Assembly (NCBI GenBank): GCA_963665295.1
Contig: OY762209.1
Span: 3,808,001-3,872,000, forward strand
Length of the DNA stretch: 64,000 nucleotides
Direction of reading: 5' to 3'
Origin: Syntrophorhabdaceae bacterium
Lineage (GTDB): Bacteria; Desulfobacterota; Syntrophorhabdia; Syntrophorhabdales; Syntrophorhabdaceae
The position numbers were made by a program, and so were the translations under genes. This document shows, piece by piece, positions 18,802 through 29,074 of the stretch. Under the pieces are notes generated by a model. The model saw nothing but the letters and a program-made list of their open reading frames with translations. It searched no databases and was not told the origin of the DNA. Positions within the stretch are counted from its first letter, which is position 1. Each line of letters opens with the position of its first letter.

Positions 18802-20028
18802 ATGGGAACTTTCGCCTACAGAGCAAGAAACGAGAGTGGCGGACTGGTCACGGGAGAAATGGAGGCTGAGACGAAGGAGATGGTCTATGAGCATCTGGAT
18901 GGCCTCGGACTGCTCCCCGTCGGGGTGTCGGAAGCGAAGGGTGACGCTTTTTCCCTCAACAAGGCTTTCGAGAGATTCGAGAAGATCAGACAGGATGACC
19001 TGATATTTTTCACTCGACAACTCCAGACCATAGTGAAGGCAGGCATACCGCTGATATCAGGACTCAAGGCCCTTGAAGAGCAGACGGAAAGCCCGAAGCT
19101 GAAGCGCATTATCAACGAGATTCATCGGGAGGTCAGCAAAGGCAAAAGCCTTTCCGATGTCATTGCGAACCATCCCGGCACGTTTTCCGAACTCTATGTG
19201 AGCATGGTAAGGGCGGGCGAAATCGGCGGCGTCCTCGATGATGTTCTGGGGCGGCTGATAGGCCTCCTCGAGTTCCAGATGAAGACCAGGGAGATGCTGA
19301 AGACGGCTTTGCGCTACCCTGTCATGGTGGTGTGTGTTCTCGTCCTCGCTTTCATAGTGATCGTGACGTTCATCATTCCGAAATTTGCGGTCATATTCAA
19401 GGGCGCCAACATAGACTTGCCCTTGCCCACGAAGATCATGCTGTGGATCAACGATATAGTGCAGGGCTACGGGACACTCCTTTTCATCGGCACCGTGCTG
19501 TTGGTTGTCGCTTGGGTGGCGTACGTGAGATCAAAAAAAGGAAAGGTGGTCTGGGACAGGTTCAAACTCAGGATTCCGTTGATCGGTCAAATCCAACTCA
19601 AGATCATAATGAGCCGCTTCGCAAACATGTTCGAAAACATGATGCGCGCCGGCGTGCCGATCATGCACACCCTGCAGATTGTGTCGAGGACTGTGGGTAA
19701 CGAATACATCGCGGAGAAGATTATCGAGATCAGCGCGAAGGTGGAAAGGGGCAGGGGGATATCCAAGCCACTCAAAGACAGCGGGGTATTCCCGCCTCTC
19801 GTGATCCACCTCATATCCACGGGGGAGGAGACAGGTTCCCTGGAACAGATGTTGAGGGAGGTGTCCATTCATTATGACTCGGAGATCACCTATTCCGTGA
19901 GCAGGCTTTCCGCATGGATAGAGCCCATTTTGACCGCAGGTCTTTCCGTTATGGTGCTCTTCATTGCGCTGGCCGTTTTTCTGCCCTGGTGGAACATGAT
20001 GGGAGCGATGAAGGGGGGAGGACCGTGA
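18802..20028 (+). CDS. pilC: Inner-membrane platform protein PilC/MshG/GspF
   Basis: FTRQL..IVKAG, AGEIGG.L, ALRYP, GEETGSL, IEP; two T2SSF domains. Confidence 0.9.
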   Translation: MGTFAYRARNESGGLVTGEMEAETKEMVYEHLDGLGLLPVGVSEAKGDAFSLNKAFERFEKIRQDDLIFFTRQLQTIVKAGIPLISGLKALEEQTESPKLKRIINEIHREVSKGKSLSDVIANHPGTFSELYVSMVRAGEIGGVLDDVLGRLIGLLEFQMKTREMLKTALRYPVMVVCVLVLAFIVIVTFIIPKFAVIFKGANIDLPLPTKIMLWINDIVQGYGTLLFIGTVLLVVAWVAYVRSKKGKVVWDRFKLRIPLIGQIQLKIIMSRFANMFENMMRAGVPIMHTLQIVSRTVGNEYIAEKIIEISAKVERGRGISKPLKDSGVFPPLVIHLISTGEETGSLEQMLREVSIHYDSEITYSVSRLSAWIEPILTAGLSVMVLFIALAVFLPWWNMMGAMKGGGP

Positions 20029-20057
20029 GAAGAGACATGATTTGCAGGCTTAAGGGA

Positions 20058-20116
20058 TTGAAAAATTGGGCGAAAACCAGTATATTATGGACAAGTGGAA
20101 AAACAGAAAGTATAAT
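20058..20116 (+). promoter_or_regulatory. Tandem sigma70 promoters for the major pilin
   Basis: TTGAAA-17-TATATT (20058-20086) and TGGACA-17-TATAAT (20088-20116); strong AGGAGG RBS downstream. Confidence 0.6.
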
Positions 20117-20173
20117 TAAACAATGGTAAGGAACGCAAAACATAAACTATGACAAAAAGGAAAGGAGGGGGCT

Positions 20174-20554
20174 ATGAACACATTGCGAAATTCTAAAGGT
20201 TTCACCCTGATCGAACTCATCATTATTATCATCATTCTGGGCATTATTTCTGCAGTGGCTATCCCTAAGTACATTGACATGAAAACCGAGGCGCAGAAGG
20301 GCGCAGCAAAGGGTATCCTGGGAGCCCTGGCATCGGCGGACAGTATCCTCTTTTCGAAGTATCTGGTAGCGGGCTCGACTGTGAACTATACGGGAGGAGA
20401 TGTTATCGGGAACGCAAACCTCTCCGGCGGCGCTACGGCTGCAATCTCGGGGGCGGTGGGAACCATCACTCTGCCGAATGCCGCGACTTATACCTTCACC
20501 TATACGGCCGCGAGCGCGACATCTTCGGGCCAGTTCGCGCCGAACGGCTTTTAG
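20174..20554 (+). CDS. Major type IV pilin (MshA-like)
   Basis: Class III signal MNTLRNSKG/FTLIELI, AIPKY; own promoter and terminator. Confidence 0.88.
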   Translation: MNTLRNSKGFTLIELIIIIIILGIISAVAIPKYIDMKTEAQKGAAKGILGALASADSILFSKYLVAGSTVNYTGGDVIGNANLSGGATAAISGAVGTITLPNAATYTFTYTAASATSSGQFAPNGF

Positions 20555-20572
20555 TATATTTTCGCTCATTAC

Positions 20573-20618
20573 GAAGGCTTGAGAAGACAACAGAGAGTGT
20601 CTTCTCAAGCCTTCTTTG
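20573..20618 (+). terminator. Rho-independent terminator after the pilin
   Basis: 17-bp perfect stem GAAGGCTTGAGAAGACA/TGTCTTCTCAAGCCTTC followed by TTTG. Confidence 0.8.
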
Positions 20619-20680
20619 TGTCCAGGGGATGTGGGGAGCGTGAAGGAATCACTATTTTCTGAAGGTCGGGCCTTTTCCGG

Positions 20681-22969
20681 ATGATAGCCGTCTCAGCGGT
20701 GTACCTTGCCATATGTCTCCTCTATTTTCGTCCTATGCTCTCGTGCGGCCGCATATTCATCGAGCGCGATCTCTCCGTGTATTTCATACCTCCGCGATAC
20801 CTGTGGGCCGGGCTCCTGAAGTCGCTTCAGTTGCCCCTCTGGAATTCCCACAATTATTCGGGTATCCCGCTTTTCGCCACCCTTCAGCCGGCAGTGCTTT
20901 ATCCGCCGCACCTTTTCTATCTTTTCCTGCCCTTCAATGTGGTCTGGAATTGGATAATCATACTGCACTTTCCCTTCGCGGGGGCTTCCACCTACGCGCT
21001 TCTGCGTCACATGAAGGTCTCGCGGACAGCCTCCTTTGCGGGTGGGCTCACCTTCATGCTCTCAGGGTATCTTCTGTCCGTCCACAGTCTTCTTTCCCAC
21101 CTTCTCGCGGCGCCCTGGTTCCCCCTGGTGATACTCTTCTTTCTTAAATACGTTGAGACAAGGAGAGTAAAGGACGTTATCCTCGCCTCCCTGTTCCTCG
21201 TTATGGAATTTTTTGCGGGGGCCCCGGAAATAGTCATAATGACCTTCCTTGCAATTGCCGTTATGATGCCGTTTATAGACTCTTTCGTGGGAGGAGCGCC
21301 GGATGTACCCTATGTGGCGAGATTGAAGGGGATGATCCTTTTGGTGCTCATCTTCGGCCTCATTTCGGCGGTCCAGCTCCTTCCTTTTTATGAGTTGAAA
21401 ATGGAGAGCGTACGTCGGAGCGGTTTGAGCTACGGGGAGGCAACGATCTGGTCTCTCTCGTGGAGGGATTTCATACAGTTCTTTATCACGGATCCTTTCG
21501 GAAACTTCTCGACCTTCACGAAGTACTGGCGGAACCAGTCATGGCTGAAGACCATCTACCTGGGAGTCATGCCGTTCCTTCTTTCCCTTTTCTATTTCCT
21601 TCGTCGCGATAGGAAGCAATGGTTTTTTGTGATCCTCGCCGCCGTCTCTCTTCTTCTTGCACTGGGAGGCACTACGCCGCTCTACCAGTATCTCTATCGG
21701 CTCCCTCCTTTTAACGCAATGCGTTACCCCGTCAAATATCTTTTTCTTTTCTTTTTCACCATCTCCTTTACTACGGCCCTCGGTCTTGACTGTCTCCGTA
21801 AAGGGGTGGCGGCTAAGGACCGGAACACGAGGATTGCCGTGCATGTGGTCTTCTATTTTGGGTTTCTCTTCGCGATCCTCTGGGGGTATGCATCTTTGTT
21901 CGGGAATCATATCCATGGCCTCTTCGAGAGGTTCGGCTTCAAACCCGACGTGTACAACGATATAGAAGTGAATATTCATAATATTAAACGGTGTCTCTTC
22001 TTTTCCTTCCTCTTCTGCGTGGCCCTGGTATGCTTCCTGAGGGTCAAGGCCCGGGCCTGGGTTCTTCTTGCCGTAATGGCCCTCCTTACATCGGACCTTT
22101 TGCTCGCCAACTACCGGTATTACCTGTCCTGGCCCTGGGATGAATACATCAGGAAACACGACTTTTCGGAACTGATGTCGGGAAAAGGGGATGATTCGCG
22201 GTATTTGTTTTCACCGAAAAGCGCCAGGGAATTCGATCTGTTCCCCTATGACCGGTACGCCATGGCGCCAGGGTATGCGTCTCTCTTTAATGCGTACGCT
22301 CTGGGCGGCGCAGAAGCGTTCAGACTTGCCAACCATGAGTTTTATTCGGGCCTCATAGAGCGCATGCCCTCTCTCGATCATGCGAAAAGATACTTCAATG
22401 TCCTCGGGGCGCGGTATCTGATAACCCCCTATGAACTGGATGACAAAGATTTCAAGCTCCTTGGAAAAACGCACATTGCGGGGAAGAAGGATGCCTGCCT
22501 CTATGAATTTATACCCTTCAGAGGGCGCTTTCTCTTTTACGGAACGGTGCGTTTTCTGCCGGAGGACGGGAAAGCAATGGAAACGCTTTCAAATGCGTCC
22601 TTTGACCCTAACTCAGAGCTGATCCTCAGCGCTCGGGATGGGGGCAAACCGGTGGGCGGGATGGTGAAGGGCACCGTCCATCCCGTCTCTTCCCATGCCG
22701 ATGAGATGGTGGTAGATACGAAAACGGATAGCGATGGGTTCCTCTATTGCGCCGACACCTTCTACCCCGGATGGCGGGCGTACGTGGACGGGATGGAGAC
22801 GAACATATACCGCGCCAACCTTGCGTACAGGGCGATCTTTGTCCCTGAGGGCGCCCATAGGATCATGTTCAGATATGTTCCCCGCTCCTTTTATGCGGGC
22901 CTGATGATCACGCTTTTCGGGGTGGGACTCTGCCTCTGGCTCGTGAGAAGGGAGCACAGGAGAGAGTGA
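20681..22969 (+). CDS. YfhO-family polytopic membrane protein, putative GT-C glycosyltransferase
   Basis: D..VYF.P, LPLWN....G.P..A....LYP, QLLP..E....S.R, MRYP, C-terminal DTFYPGWRAYVDG...RAN..YRAI.VP.G.H. Confidence 0.8.
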   Translation: MIAVSAVYLAICLLYFRPMLSCGRIFIERDLSVYFIPPRYLWAGLLKSLQLPLWNSHNYSGIPLFATLQPAVLYPPHLFYLFLPFNVVWNWIIILHFPFAGASTYALLRHMKVSRTASFAGGLTFMLSGYLLSVHSLLSHLLAAPWFPLVILFFLKYVETRRVKDVILASLFLVMEFFAGAPEIVIMTFLAIAVMMPFIDSFVGGAPDVPYVARLKGMILLVLIFGLISAVQLLPFYELKMESVRRSGLSYGEATIWSLSWRDFIQFFITDPFGNFSTFTKYWRNQSWLKTIYLGVMPFLLSLFYFLRRDRKQWFFVILAAVSLLLALGGTTPLYQYLYRLPPFNAMRYPVKYLFLFFFTISFTTALGLDCLRKGVAAKDRNTRIAVHVVFYFGFLFAILWGYASLFGNHIHGLFERFGFKPDVYNDIEVNIHNIKRCLFFSFLFCVALVCFLRVKARAWVLLAVMALLTSDLLLANYRYYLSWPWDEYIRKHDFSELMSGKGDDSRYLFSPKSAREFDLFPYDRYAMAPGYASLFNAYALGGAEAFRLANHEFYSGLIERMPSLDHAKRYFNVLGARYLITPYELDDKDFKLLGKTHIAGKKDACLYEFIPFRGRFLFYGTVRFLPEDGKAMETLSNASFDPNSELILSARDGGKPVGGMVKGTVHPVSSHADEMVVDTKTDSDGFLYCADTFYPGWRAYVDGMETNIYRANLAYRAIFVPEGAHRIMFRYVPRSFYAGLMITLFGVGLCLWLVRREHRRE

Positions 22970-23022
22970 TGGCGTTTATAAACCCACCGCACGGTTTTGC
23001 GGTCCCTGTGGTATAATTGATC

Positions 23023-23541
23023 ATGGAAGGATATACCAAGGGCACGGGTGCGGTTGAGACTGTGCGGGGACCGGGGCTATGGCCGTCAGGACCATCGCGA
23101 CGAGGCGGTTTTACTCTCATGGAGCTTATCATTGTTCTCGTGATCGTGGGGATTATGGCCGTCACTGCGGTGGTTATGTGGCCCGGGGAGTCAATAAACG
23201 TTTCAGGCCAAACTGATGCAGTTGTGCAGGATATCCGGTACACTCAAACTCTCGCCATGGCTCGCGCCCTGTCGGGCCAGCGTTGCAGGATCACCTTCGG
23301 CACAACGTCCTATACCATCGCCGATAACACCGGGGCCATAGTGAGATCGGTCTCACTGGGGTCAGGCATCTCAATCGCAAACAACAATTTTACCGGAGGT
23401 TATCTTGCTTTTGACGGCAGGGGGGCGCCATATAACGGGACAACCGTCATGACCGCCCCTATCACCATAGATATTACCTCCGGAGGCGTCACAAAGAGAG
23501 TCAGCGTATGGAATACCACAGGAGCGGTGCAGGTTAACTGA
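23023..23541 (+). CDS. Minor pilin (MshC/FimT/GspH-like)
   Basis: G/FTLMELI; DIRYTQTLAM; FDGRG; start uncertain (23017 or 23023). Confidence 0.8.
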   Translation: MEGYTKGTGAVETVRGPGLWPSGPSRRGGFTLMELIIVLVIVGIMAVTAVVMWPGESINVSGQTDAVVQDIRYTQTLAMARALSGQRCRITFGTTSYTIADNTGAIVRSVSLGSGISIANNNFTGGYLAFDGRGAPYNGTTVMTAPITIDITSGGVTKRVSVWNTTGAVQVN

Positions 23542-23543
23542 CC

Positions 23544-23996
23544 ATGGGAAAGGGAATGTCCTCCATATGGGTGGTCGAGAGAAGGAAGCGGGCGAGTCCG
23601 GCGCCTGCGGGCGGGTTTACTCTCATCGAGACGGTCTTTGCAATCATGATTATCCTGATCGCGGTGGTAGGCCTCTTTGCAATATTCACTAACGCCGTGG
23701 CGCCGTCCAACGCGCCCCAGCCGTATGAGATCGCAGTAGGCATCCAGTACATGCAGGAGGGATTGGAGAGGGTGTACGCAGACCGTAGAAACCTGTCAAG
23801 GGGCTTTTCCTACATTACGCCCGCCAATTACCCGAACGAAAACCTCGGCGCGGGATACTCCAGGACGACAACGATAGGAGCGTGGCCGGTCGACACGGAC
23901 ACCGCGACTTATGTACAGGTCACGGTACAGGTAAGCCATAACGGGAGAACAGTGGCGCAGGGGGCCACTCTCATGGCGAATTACACATGGAATTGA
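23544..23996 (+). CDS. Minor pilin (MshD/PilV-like)
   Basis: G/FTLIET prepilin motif followed by a hydrophobic helix. Confidence 0.8.
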   Translation: MGKGMSSIWVVERRKRASPAPAGGFTLIETVFAIMIILIAVVGLFAIFTNAVAPSNAPQPYEIAVGIQYMQEGLERVYADRRNLSRGFSYITPANYPNENLGAGYSRTTTIGAWPVDTDTATYVQVTVQVSHNGRTVAQGATLMANYTWN

Positions 23997-23997
23997 T

Positions 23998-24489
23998 ATG
24001 AGACGGTCACCCTGCGCTGCATCGGGATTCAGTCTTATCGAACTGATAATGGTGATTATTACGGTCGGCATTATTTCAGTCGTAATTGCACCGGTGTTTA
24101 TATCGGGTTTCAATGCTTATTTTTGGACAAGGGGGGCCGTTGATGTTACTGCGCAGGGAGAGTTCGCCATGGACCGCATGGCGCGGGAGATAAGGGGGAT
24201 CCAGCCTTCGGACATAACCTCCTTTAGCGCGAATTCGCTGACTTACAACCTTTCCGGAACGCCTGTCAGCTATAGCGTGAATGTTCAGGGTCAGCTCATG
24301 AGAAACGCGGACCTCCTTGCATCAGGGGTCTCGTCCCTCACATTTTCATACTTTCAGAGCGATTGGACGCCTGCAACACTGGCCGCTCAGATATGGAGCA
24401 TCGGCTTTACCTTGCGACTTTCGGGAGACCAGGTAACTGAGTCGTTAAGAACCACTGTTTTTTTGCGAAGCGGGCCTAAGGATCGTTGA
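23998..24489 (+). CDS. Minor pilin (MshO/PilW-like)
   Basis: G/FSLIELI; AMDRMAREIR. Confidence 0.8.
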   Translation: MRRSPCAASGFSLIELIMVIITVGIISVVIAPVFISGFNAYFWTRGAVDVTAQGEFAMDRMAREIRGIQPSDITSFSANSLTYNLSGTPVSYSVNVQGQLMRNADLLASGVSSLTFSYFQSDWTPATLAAQIWSIGFTLRLSGDQVTESLRTTVFLRSGPKDR

Positions 24490-24490
24490 T

Positions 24491-25513
24491 ATGGGGGGAA
24501 AAGGCTTGATGAGAAACGATGCGGGAATATCCCTTGTTGCAGCGATCATCGTGGTTGTCGTAGTCGGGTTTCTCGGGGTTGTGACGGCATCCCTTTTCGG
24601 GAGCAAAGCCCTTGGCACTGCAAACCGGTTGGCGTCGGCGAAGGCGCAGTTTATCGCGGAAGGGGGTCTTGAGCGAGGCGTCCGGGAATACAAATCGATA
24701 TGCCAGACAAACCCCGCCGGGTACGATGGAGGGGAGACAAACGTGGCCCTGGGGGGTGGGACATTCAGCGTGCAAGTTTACAACAACGACTTCTCGGGCA
24801 CCGCCTTGGGCGCGGGTCAGCGAAGGATCCGTTCCACGGGCAGTATTGCAGGGGCAGTGAAGGCCGTCGAGCAGATCGTGTATTGCACGTCCTCCAGTCC
24901 TCTGGCTCTGGCGAGCGAAACGCAGGTTTCTCTGAGCAATAACTCCAGCATATACTGTGGACCCGGAGCAACAAACCCTTGCTCACAGACTCAGATAGAC
25001 GGCGGGAAGTGCGTATGCGCGAAAGAAAGCGTCCCGACCCTCCCTGCAGTCACGGTACCCACAAGCCCTCAGCCTCCGGCCCCTCCGGGTGGGTGCTCTT
25101 ACTCAAGCAATACGACCTATACCTGGCCTGCGGGTACCTATTACTGCAATTATTTTGCTATGTCCAATGGCGCAAAAATAGCGATTACCGGCGTGGTGAC
25201 TCTATATGCGAACAATCTTCAGATGGCCAATTCCGCGGAGTTCAACAGGTATGGTACTGCGGCAAATGCCCTCATCATGGTGACCCAGTTTGCTCAACTC
25301 GCGAATTCCTCAGTCTTTAGAGGCTCCTTCTATGCGCCGGATGCTTCCTTCCAATTGGCCAACGGGTCTACGATCGTCGGGTCGGTAGCTACCCATTATG
25401 CGCAATTAACGAATAGCGCCCAAATTGTGTGGGATTATACGGGGGGCACGGCTGCTTCCCAATTTGGGAACCTGTATGATGTCAACGTAATGTGGCGGGA
25501 GGTGCCGCCTTGA
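24491..25513 (+). CDS. PilX/MshP-like pilin lacking Glu5, with large C-terminal domain
   Basis: G/ISLVAA, AQFIAEGGLE, IRSTG, terminal WREV. Confidence 0.75.
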   Translation: MGGKGLMRNDAGISLVAAIIVVVVVGFLGVVTASLFGSKALGTANRLASAKAQFIAEGGLERGVREYKSICQTNPAGYDGGETNVALGGGTFSVQVYNNDFSGTALGAGQRRIRSTGSIAGAVKAVEQIVYCTSSSPLALASETQVSLSNNSSIYCGPGATNPCSQTQIDGGKCVCAKESVPTLPAVTVPTSPQPPAPPGGCSYSSNTTYTWPAGTYYCNYFAMSNGAKIAITGVVTLYANNLQMANSAEFNRYGTAANALIMVTQFAQLANSSVFRGSFYAPDASFQLANGSTIVGSVATHYAQLTNSAQIVWDYTGGTAASQFGNLYDVNVMWREVPP

Positions 25514-25575
25514 CCCCCCCCGTGGGACGGGTGTCGTGTCGGAATGCTTCTGGTCACGGAGACGGAAGGACTGGG

Positions 25576-26028
25576 CTATACCTTCAGGACCAGATTTATC
25601 ATATCGCCCCGGGAGAACCCCATGGCGTGAAAAAACTGAAGGAGATCCCAATCGTTCCAGTTCACGAGGGTATAGATGGTGTCCACTCCGTATTTTTTGA
25701 TATTGGTGATGAGTGCGTTCGCGAGCACCTTCGCAATGCCGCGGTTCTGATAGTCGGGGTCTATGCCGATGGTGTCGATCCATCCGATGTTGTTGGGGAC
25801 CTTAAATTCCCAACCACTCACCTCTCCGAGGATGAAGCCTGCGACTTTTCCGTCTATCTCGGAAACGAGAGATGCGTCCGGAGGCCTTGACTCGGCCTGC
25901 CTGATTATCTTTGTGACCCAGTAGTCTCTTCGTGTTTCGCCGAGAACCTTGGTGTCTATCTCCACAATGGAGTCGAGATCATCGGTGGTCATATAACGTA
26001 CGCTTAACTTATCGAAAAAATTGCTCAT
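25576..26028 (-). CDS. GNAT-family N-acetyltransferase
   Basis: IGIDPDYQNRGIA acetyl-CoA binding motif, FF...GF. Confidence 0.85.
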   Translation of the reverse strand: MSNFFDKLSVRYMTTDDLDSIVEIDTKVLGETRRDYWVTKIIRQAESRPPDASLVSEIDGKVAGFILGEVSGWEFKVPNNIGWIDTIGIDPDYQNRGIAKVLANALITNIKKYGVDTIYTLVNWNDWDLLQFFHAMGFSRGDMINLVLKV

Positions 26029-26145
26029 AGTTTTTCACCCTCGCTTGTTCTTTTTTTAACATACTATAGCATTCGAGGGAAGTCAAGGATTTGAATTAGG
26101 GTAAAAAATCACATGATTGATTACGAAGGGGGAAGGTTGCGCGAT

Positions 26146-27435
26146 CTATCGATCCAGTTCCTTATCCCTGTAAACTATCCTCCCGCCCACAATGGTGAGG
26201 AGATTTTTCCCCTTGAGCATCCATCCGCCGAAGGGCGTATTCTTACCTTTCGAGACAAAAGCCGCCGGGTTAACGGTCCACGCTTTTTCCGGGTCGAAAA
26301 GGATAAGGTCGGCGGGCAGGCCGGCGCTGATCCGGCCGTAAGGCAGTCCCAGTAGTTTTGCAGGATTGACGGTGAGTTTCCTTAAGAGTTCGGTCAAAGA
26401 AAGCACTCCTTCGTGAACAAGGCCGAGAGACAAAGAGAATGCCGTTTCCAGGCCGGAGATGCCGGGTGAAGCAAGGTCGTATTCCACGTCTTTAGAGGTG
26501 AGGTCATGGGGGGCGTGGTCTGTGGCAATGATATCGATGGTATCATCCCTCAACCCTTCCTTGATGGCGTCCATATCGGCTTTGGACCTGAGGGGCGGGT
26601 TGACCCGGGTATTCGTGTCGTAGGTAAGGGTGGCCTCGTCGGTAAGGGAAAAATAATGAGGGCATGTATCACAGGTAATATCCCCGTATCGCTTCTTCGA
26701 CTCACGGATCGCTTCGATGCTTCCGGCGGTCGACATATGGGTAAGGTGGACGTGACAGCGCACGTATTCGGCGATGGCCATATCCCGTTTTACTATGATT
26801 TCCTCCGCGATGGAGGGGACGGCCGTAAGACCGGAGAGCAGGGATGCGGCGCCTTCGTGGACATAGCCCTTCGAAAGGTCTTCGTCTTCGCAATGGGATA
26901 TGACGGGGATGCCGAAATACTTCACATACTCCATGGCTCTCCTCAACAGTCCGGCGTTCTTTACGGACCTGCCGTCATCCGACAAGGCGACGACGCCCGC
27001 CTTAAACATATCGCCGATTTCGGAGAGTTCTTCGCCCTTGAGGCCTTTGGTGATAGACCCGCAGGGAAAGACCCTGCACATACCAACGGATCTCGCCTTT
27101 TCCACGATGGATTCCGTCACGCTCTTGTTATCGTTGACAGGAGATGTGTTGGCCATGCATACCACCGTGGTAAACCCTCCTCTCACGGCTGCCATGGTCC
27201 CCGTGGCTATTGTCTCCTTGTACTCGTAGCCGGGTTCTCTCAGGTGTGCGTGGACGTCGATGAGACCCGGCGCCACGATGTAGCCCGTTGCATCTATTAC
27301 CTGGACATCTCCTTTTACTGCGGAGATATGACGGTCCATCTGCTCTATTATGCTTCCGTTCACATAGACGTCCATTACGGCGTCCAAGTCTCTCCCGGGA
27401 TCGATGACTCTGCCGTGTTTCAGGAGGATTCTCAC
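26146..27435 (-). CDS. pyrC: Dihydroorotase
   Basis: [27 protein letters not shown]. Confidence 0.95.
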   Translation of the reverse strand: MRILLKHGRVIDPGRDLDAVMDVYVNGSIIEQMDRHISAVKGDVQVIDATGYIVAPGLIDVHAHLREPGYEYKETIATGTMAAVRGGFTTVVCMANTSPVNDNKSVTESIVEKARSVGMCRVFPCGSITKGLKGEELSEIGDMFKAGVVALSDDGRSVKNAGLLRRAMEYVKYFGIPVISHCEDEDLSKGYVHEGAASLLSGLTAVPSIAEEIIVKRDMAIAEYVRCHVHLTHMSTAGSIEAIRESKKRYGDITCDTCPHYFSLTDEATLTYDTNTRVNPPLRSKADMDAIKEGLRDDTIDIIATDHAPHDLTSKDVEYDLASPGISGLETAFSLSLGLVHEGVLSLTELLRKLTVNPAKLLGLPYGRISAGLPADLILFDPEKAWTVNPAAFVSKGKNTPFGGWMLKGKNLLTIVGGRIVYRDKELDR

Positions 27436-28355
27436 GTCTCACCTCCTGTGAGGAGGTAGAGAACCGCCATCCTCACCGCAACCCCGTTTTCCACCTGTTG
27501 GAGGATTACCGAGTACGGGCCGTCGGCAACCTCATCCGTGATCTCTATACCCCTGTTCATGGGGCCGGGATGCATGATGATCACGTCCTTCTTTGCCTCC
27601 TTCAGATGGGACTGTTTGAGCCCGTAAAAGGTGGCATACTCCTTGATGGAGGGTATTGTGGAAATACCACCTCGCTCCTTTTGTATCCTGAGCATCATTA
27701 TCACGTCCGCGCCTTTCACCGCTTTTGAAATATTATACTCGACCCTGACTCCGAGATCCTCGATGCGGGGCGGGATCATGGTGGGGGGTCCCGAGCAGGT
27801 GATTTTTGTGTCAAAGTGCTTCAGGGCGAATATATTGGAACGAGCCACCCTACTGTGGGCGATATCTCCGATTATGGTCACATTGAGGCCGTCCAGCCTT
27901 CCTTTCTTTTCCCGCATGGTAAAGAGGTCGAGAAGGGCCTGTGTCGGGTGCTCATGGGCTCCGTCGCCGCCGTTTATCACGGAGGCTTCGAGAATGCGTG
28001 AGAGCATGTGAGGCGCACCGGGCATGCTGTGCCGGACTATGATCACGTCGGGTTGCATGGATTCGAGGTTCCTGGCTGTATCCTTGAGGGTTTCACCTTT
28101 CACGTAGCTGCTTGTACTGGCGGAGACGTTGATGGTGTCGGCGCTCAACCTTTTTGCAGCTATTTCAAAGGACACCCTGGTCCGTGTGCTCGGCTCGTAG
28201 AAGAGGGTGATGACCGTCTTGCCGCGAAGAGTGGGGACCTTCTTAATATCCCTTTTTGATACTTCCTTGAATGATTCGGCAGTCTGGAGAATCGACAGAA
28301 TCTCTTCTTTCGTCAGGCCGGCGATGCCGAGGAGATCTTTCTTAGTCCAATTCAC
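27432..28355 (-). CDS. pyrB: Aspartate carbamoyltransferase catalytic subunit
   Basis: [26 protein letters not shown]. Confidence 0.96.
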   Translation of the reverse strand: MNWTKKDLLGIAGLTKEEILSILQTAESFKEVSKRDIKKVPTLRGKTVITLFYEPSTRTRVSFEIAAKRLSADTINVSASTSSYVKGETLKDTARNLESMQPDVIIVRHSMPGAPHMLSRILEASVINGGDGAHEHPTQALLDLFTMREKKGRLDGLNVTIIGDIAHSRVARSNIFALKHFDTKITCSGPPTMIPPRIEDLGVRVEYNISKAVKGADVIMMLRIQKERGGISTIPSIKEYATFYGLKQSHLKEAKKDVIIMHPGPMNRGIEITDEVADGPYSVILQQVENGVAVRMAVLYLLTGGET

Positions 28356-28885
28356 TATGACCTCACGAGCACTACTTCATCTTTCTTGTCGACCTCGCGG
28401 AGATGGACAAGCACTTCTTCGCCCGGATTGGCGGTATAGAAGACCCCCGCATAGTCCGGATGAATGGGAAGCTCTCTCTGTCCCCTGTCCACAAGCACGG
28501 CAAGCTGTATCTTGTCGGGTCTGCCAAGGTCCATAATGGCGTCGATGGCTGCTCTGATTGTCCTTCCTGTGTGCATCACGTCGTCTACGAGGAGGATTGT
28601 TTTGTCGTTCAGATCAAAAGGGATCTCCGTCTTTTTCAGTATGGGCGTTTTGAGCTTGAATATATCGTCCCTGTACATGGTTATGTCGAGCACTCCCACG
28701 GGGAGGGACACCTTTTCCACCTCAAATATCTTGTCCCTGATCCTGTTCGCCACGTGGACTCCCCGTGTGCGTATGCCTATAAGGCTGAGAGAGGCGCAAC
28801 CCTCGTTCTTTTCAATAATCTCGTGGGTGATCCTGTTGATGGTCCGTTCGAGGGCCTTCTTGTCGAGAAGCACTTTGTTTTTCAT
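28355..28885 (-). CDS. pyrR: PyrR regulator / uracil phosphoribosyltransferase
   Basis: [34 protein letters not shown]; start at ATG 28885. Confidence 0.93.
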   Translation of the reverse strand: MKNKVLLDKKALERTINRITHEIIEKNEGCASLSLIGIRTRGVHVANRIRDKIFEVEKVSLPVGVLDITMYRDDIFKLKTPILKKTEIPFDLNDKTILLVDDVMHTGRTIRAAIDAIMDLGRPDKIQLAVLVDRGQRELPIHPDYAGVFYTANPGEEVLVHLREVDKKDEVVLVRS

Positions 28886-29064
28886 CAGTCGTCCATCCGG
28901 ATTGCGTTCATGGGACACGTTTCCACACATGACGTGCACTCGATGCAGTCCTCGGGGTTTGCCACCACGACACTGCCGTCAGTGCACATGAATACCTCGT
29001 ACGGGCAAATATCAACACACTCCAGGCAATTGCTGCATGACTCTTTGGAAATGTAAGGTCTCAC
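28885..29064 (-). CDS. 59-aa 2[4Fe-4S] ferredoxin (absent from the ORF track)
   Basis: Hand translation MRPYISKESCSNCLECVDICPYEVFMCTDGSVVVANPEDCIECTSCVETCPMNAIRMDD; TGATG overlap with pyrR. Confidence 0.88.
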   Translation of the reverse strand: MRPYISKESCSNCLECVDICPYEVFMCTDGSVVVANPEDCIECTSCVETCPMNAIRMDD

Positions 29065-29074
29065 CTACGATAGT

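Noticed and set aside
20174..20554. Electrically conductive (e-pilin) interpretation of the major pilin
   Set aside because: Hand count gives 10 aromatics in 117 residues (8.5%), Met at position 27 and a 33-residue aromatic-free gap, which is a poor fit to proposed e-pilin criteria.
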